This document shows, in pieces, positions 39,496-42,379 of a DNA stretch of 42,379 nt. This DNA comes from Sulfurovum sp. GTDB taxonomy: Bacteria; Campylobacterota; Campylobacteria; Campylobacterales; Sulfurovaceae. Below the pieces are notes generated by a model. The model was not told the origin of the DNA. It was given only the letters and a program-made list of their open reading frames with translations, and searched no databases. Position 1 is the stretch's first letter, and every line of letters starts with the position of its first letter. Location: contig WFYB01000090.1 in assembly GCA_015490315.1 (NCBI GenBank), forward strand, positions 1 through 42,379. The letters run 5' to 3'. The position numbers were made by a program, and so were the translations under genes.

Positions 39496-41068
39496 TATTC
39501 CTCTTTATTATCATACCTTGAAGTATCTCAAGCTGCGACAGGTCGCCTACAGGCTCTACTATCTGATACGTAATAAACTTGGCGCTGTAAACTATACGAT
39601 CCTGAAACGGAGTGATCAAAGAGAGCAACCGATCGTCCCGTTGTTGTGCCCGGGGGCACCGACATTGACTTCCTGTTATGAGGAAGACGTGTTTACCTTT
39701 CTCAACCTGTCATATCGGTTTGATGATCGGATAGATTGGAATTTCTCAGAGTATGGCAAGTTGTGGACATACAACTTGACCTACTTTGATTATCTCCAGC
39801 AGGAGAGTATGACAAAAGCCAAAGGTATGGCACTGATTTATGATTTTATCAAACAGAGTGAAGATATCAGGGACGGGATGATGCCTTTTCCTATTTCGCT
39901 TAGAACGGTCAACTGGATACGTTTTCTTTCCAGATATCAGATCGCTGACCCTGTGGTCAATCGATCGCTTTATAGTCAATATCAAAAACTTATGGAGAAT
40001 CTCGAGTATCACATTATGGGAAATCATCTGCTTGAGAACGGGTTTTCTCTTCTCTTCGGTGCCTATTTTTTTCGGGACGAAAAGCTCTATAGCAAGGCAA
40101 AAGAGATCCTCGAAGCAGAACTTGACGAACAGATTCTCTCAGACGGAGCGCATTTTGAGCTTACCCCGATGTATCACCTGATCATGTTGCAGCGGGTACT
40201 GGACAGCATCAATCTGATCACTAACAATTTGTGGAAGACAGATACGCTGTTGGATATGCTGAGAGAGAAAGCATCCAAGATGACAGGCTGGATCGTTGCA
40301 ATGCAGTTCAAGAACGGTCAGCTTCCCCGGGTGAACGATACTGCAGAAGGCATCGCACTTGCGCCGGAGAGACTTCTCTCTTATGCAAAAATTATGGGTA
40401 TCTCTGTTGCCGAGGTTGCATTGGGGGAGAGTGGCTACCGTAAGAGAACCAATGATCGCTATGAGTGTCTCCTTGATGTAGGCAATATCGGTCCGGATTA
40501 TATCCCGGGACATGCGCACAGTGATACTTTCAGTTTTGAGCTTTATGTAGATGGCAAACCGGTGATTGTGGATACCGGGATTTCTACTTATGAAAACAAT
40601 GCCAAGCGACACTATGAACGCTCGACAGCAGCACATAACACAGTAGAGATCAACGGAAAGGATCAGAGCCGTGTTTGGGGAGCCTTTCGTGTGGCTCAGC
40701 GTGCACAAATCGTGTCACTTACAGAGGATAGCAATGTTCTTAGTGCGACACATGACGGATACAGTGACCAGGGGATTTTGCATACCAGAAAGTGGGAGTT
40801 TGATTCGGGTAGCATCAAGATAGTAGATAGTATCACCGGGGGTGAATTGTCAAGTGCGGTCAGCTATCTTCACTTTCATCCGGGTATAGCTGTAAGGATT
40901 GAGGGAGATAGTGTGGTCACTCCGTCACTACGGATCAGATACCAAGGTGCAGAGGTCTTGGAGTTGGGAGAGTACGAATATGCCGAGGCTTTCAACCAAT
41001 GCCGCAAAGCACCGGTGATCAGCGCAAAGATCGGTAGAGAATCCACCATGGAGGTAGAGATCATATGA
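39482..41068 (+). CDS. Heparinase II/III-family protein (polysaccharide-cluster type, WeeF-like)
   Basis: LWTYNLTYFDYL, GNHLLEN, DGAHFELTPMYH, GHAHSD, DTGISTYE and RSTAAHNT. No signal peptide. Confidence 0.85.
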   Translation: MMYPDIPLYYHTLKYLKLRQVAYRLYYLIRNKLGAVNYTILKRSDQREQPIVPLLCPGAPTLTSCYEEDVFTFLNLSYRFDDRIDWNFSEYGKLWTYNLTYFDYLQQESMTKAKGMALIYDFIKQSEDIRDGMMPFPISLRTVNWIRFLSRYQIADPVVNRSLYSQYQKLMENLEYHIMGNHLLENGFSLLFGAYFFRDEKLYSKAKEILEAELDEQILSDGAHFELTPMYHLIMLQRVLDSINLITNNLWKTDTLLDMLREKASKMTGWIVAMQFKNGQLPRVNDTAEGIALAPERLLSYAKIMGISVAEVALGESGYRKRTNDRYECLLDVGNIGPDYIPGHAHSDTFSFELYVDGKPVIVDTGISTYENNAKRHYERSTAAHNTVEINGKDQSRVWGAFRVAQRAQIVSLTEDSNVLSATHDGYSDQGILHTRKWEFDSGSIKIVDSITGGELSSAVSYLHFHPGIAVRIEGDSVVTPSLRIRYQGAEVLELGEYEYAEAFNQCRKAPVISAKIGRESTMEVEII

Positions 41069-42288
41069 AACTTTTATTTTTGACAGACAATTTTCCGCCA
41101 GAGAGCAATGCGCCTGCAAGTAGAACCTATGAGCATTGCAAAGAGTGGGTCAAGGAGGGGATAGATGTGACAGTGATCACCTGTGCTCCCAATTTCCCCT
41201 ACGGCAAGACCTACGAAGGGTACAAAAACAAGCTCTATCAAACAGAGGAGATAGATGGCATTAAAGTGATACGGGTCTGGAGCTACATGACAGAGAATAA
41301 AGGGGTGGTCAAACGTATTCTTGACTATATGAGTTATGCCATCAGTGCTTTTTTTGCCGGACTGTTTGTCAAAACAGATCTGATCGTTGCGACATCACCT
41401 CAGCTCTTCACTACACTGGGGGGATGCGCTTTAGCCAAGGTCAGACGTAAGCCTTGGATTTTTGAACTGCGTGATCTATGGCCTGAGGGGATCAAAGATC
41501 ATGGCGCAATCAAAAAACGCTATTTGCTTGATTTTCTAACCAAAATGGAGCTGTGCCTTTATCGTCAGGCGACGCATGTCGTCACGGTTACAGAGGGACT
41601 CAAAGAGAATCTCTCAAGCAGAGGGATTGATCCTGACAAGATTGATATCGTGACCAATGGTGCCAATATGGAGCTTTTTAGCCCGATTCCAAAGGATGAG
41701 GCACTTATGAAGTCTTTGGGACTTGAAGGGAAGTTTGTTGTCGGCTATATCGGCACACACGGTATGGCACATGGGCTGGAGTTTATTGTTGAGAGTATCA
41801 AAGATCTTGATGATGAGAAGATACACTTTCTTTTTGTAGGTACAGGTGCCAAGAAAGAGGCGGTTGTGGCTTTGGTAGAAAAGCTGGGGCTTACCAATGT
41901 CACCTTCCTCGATCCCGTGCCAAAGAGTGAAGTAAAGCGCTATATCTCGGTGATAGATGTGGCACTGGTACCGCTGACCAAAACAAAGATCCATGCCTCT
42001 TTGATCCCTTCGAAGATCTTTGAATCTGCCGCTATGCGAAAGCCGATGCTTTTGGGAGTAGAGGGGGAAGCCAGAAGGATCGTAGAGGGACACCATGCAG
42101 GGATAGCGTTTGAGCCTGAAAACAAAGAGGAGTTCCTTAGTGCTTTGAAGCAGATCTCAAAAGGAGGAGAGGCATACAGTGAGCTTCAGAAGGGCTGCGA
42201 TGCGCTTGCTGAAGCCTTTGACAGGAAGCATCTTGCTGCTAAGATGCTAAAGGTACTGCAAAAAACAAAGGAGAAGTATCATGAGTAA
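41065..42288 (+). CDS. Glycosyltransferase, GT4 WbuB-like
   Basis: DNFPPE, PNFPYG, TSPQLF, ELRDLWPE, YIGTHGMAHGL and PSKIFE. Confidence 0.88.
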   Translation: MKLLFLTDNFPPESNAPASRTYEHCKEWVKEGIDVTVITCAPNFPYGKTYEGYKNKLYQTEEIDGIKVIRVWSYMTENKGVVKRILDYMSYAISAFFAGLFVKTDLIVATSPQLFTTLGGCALAKVRRKPWIFELRDLWPEGIKDHGAIKKRYLLDFLTKMELCLYRQATHVVTVTEGLKENLSSRGIDPDKIDIVTNGANMELFSPIPKDEALMKSLGLEGKFVVGYIGTHGMAHGLEFIVESIKDLDDEKIHFLFVGTGAKKEAVVALVEKLGLTNVTFLDPVPKSEVKRYISVIDVALVPLTKTKIHASLIPSKIFESAAMRKPMLLGVEGEARRIVEGHHAGIAFEPENKEEFLSALKQISKGGEAYSELQKGCDALAEAFDRKHLAAKMLKVLQKTKEKYHE

Positions 42289-42379
42289 CAAACCTATTAA
42301 AGTCCTGCTTTTGGATGGACACACGGTACAGGTATTGCCTATCGCCAAATCACTGCGTAAACATGGGCACCATGTAACC
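42281..42379 (+). CDS. 5' fragment of the next operon gene, possibly an ATP-grasp (carboxylate-amine ligase) N-terminus
   Basis: MSNKPIKVLLLDGHTVQVLPIAKSLRKHGHHVT runs off the window edge and follows an AAGGAG RBS. The family guess rests on only 33 aa. Confidence 0.45.
   Translation, partial: MSNKPIKVLLLDGHTVQVLPIAKSLRKHGHHVT

Noticed and set aside
1-42379. CRISPR arrays, IS/transposases, integrases, tRNA/rRNA genes and defence systems
   Set aside because: None were recognisable. The window is almost fully tiled by identifiable CDSs and the gaps are all under about 170 bp.

Overview
A 42.4-kb chromosomal window from a Campylobacterota bacterium, probably Sulfurovum-like. This is inferred from gene order and protein styles: gatB...gpsA, rpmH-rnpA-yidC-jag-mnmE...purL-purH, a dimeric dUTPase and NspC. 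Positions 1-25.1 kb are mostly housekeeping: a ThiE/TenI-like fragment, signal peptidase I, DUF445, gatB, a 6-TM K+ channel with a separate RCK subunit, gpsA, a stand-alone CZB protein, tamA/tamB, nspC, a degenerate GGDEF protein, rpmH and rnpA (both missing from the ORF track), yidC, jag, mnmE, a Sel1 protein, a lipoprotein, dUTPase, purL, purH and a secreted vWA protein. From 25.27 kb to the end is a Wzx/Wzy-type surface polysaccharide cluster: wecB/wecC, WbpP/WbpO (TviC/TviB)-like enzymes, four GT4 transferases, a polymerase/ligase, a flippase and several tailoring enzymes (deacetylase-like, acyltransferase-3, CapK-like adenylate-forming enzyme, heparinase II/III-like, and a truncated gene that may be ATP-grasp). 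I found no CRISPR array, IS, prophage, rRNA or tRNA, and I cannot claim a clearly new system. The best leads are: the polysaccharide deacylation/re-acylation module; a multi-stem palindromic element between purL and purH with a G/T-skewed flank; an rnpA with no canonical start codon; an RBS-sequestering hairpin on the vWA gene; two leaderless-looking genes; and an RxxD-retaining degenerate GGDEF protein. All calls are from motif reading by eye, with no database searches.
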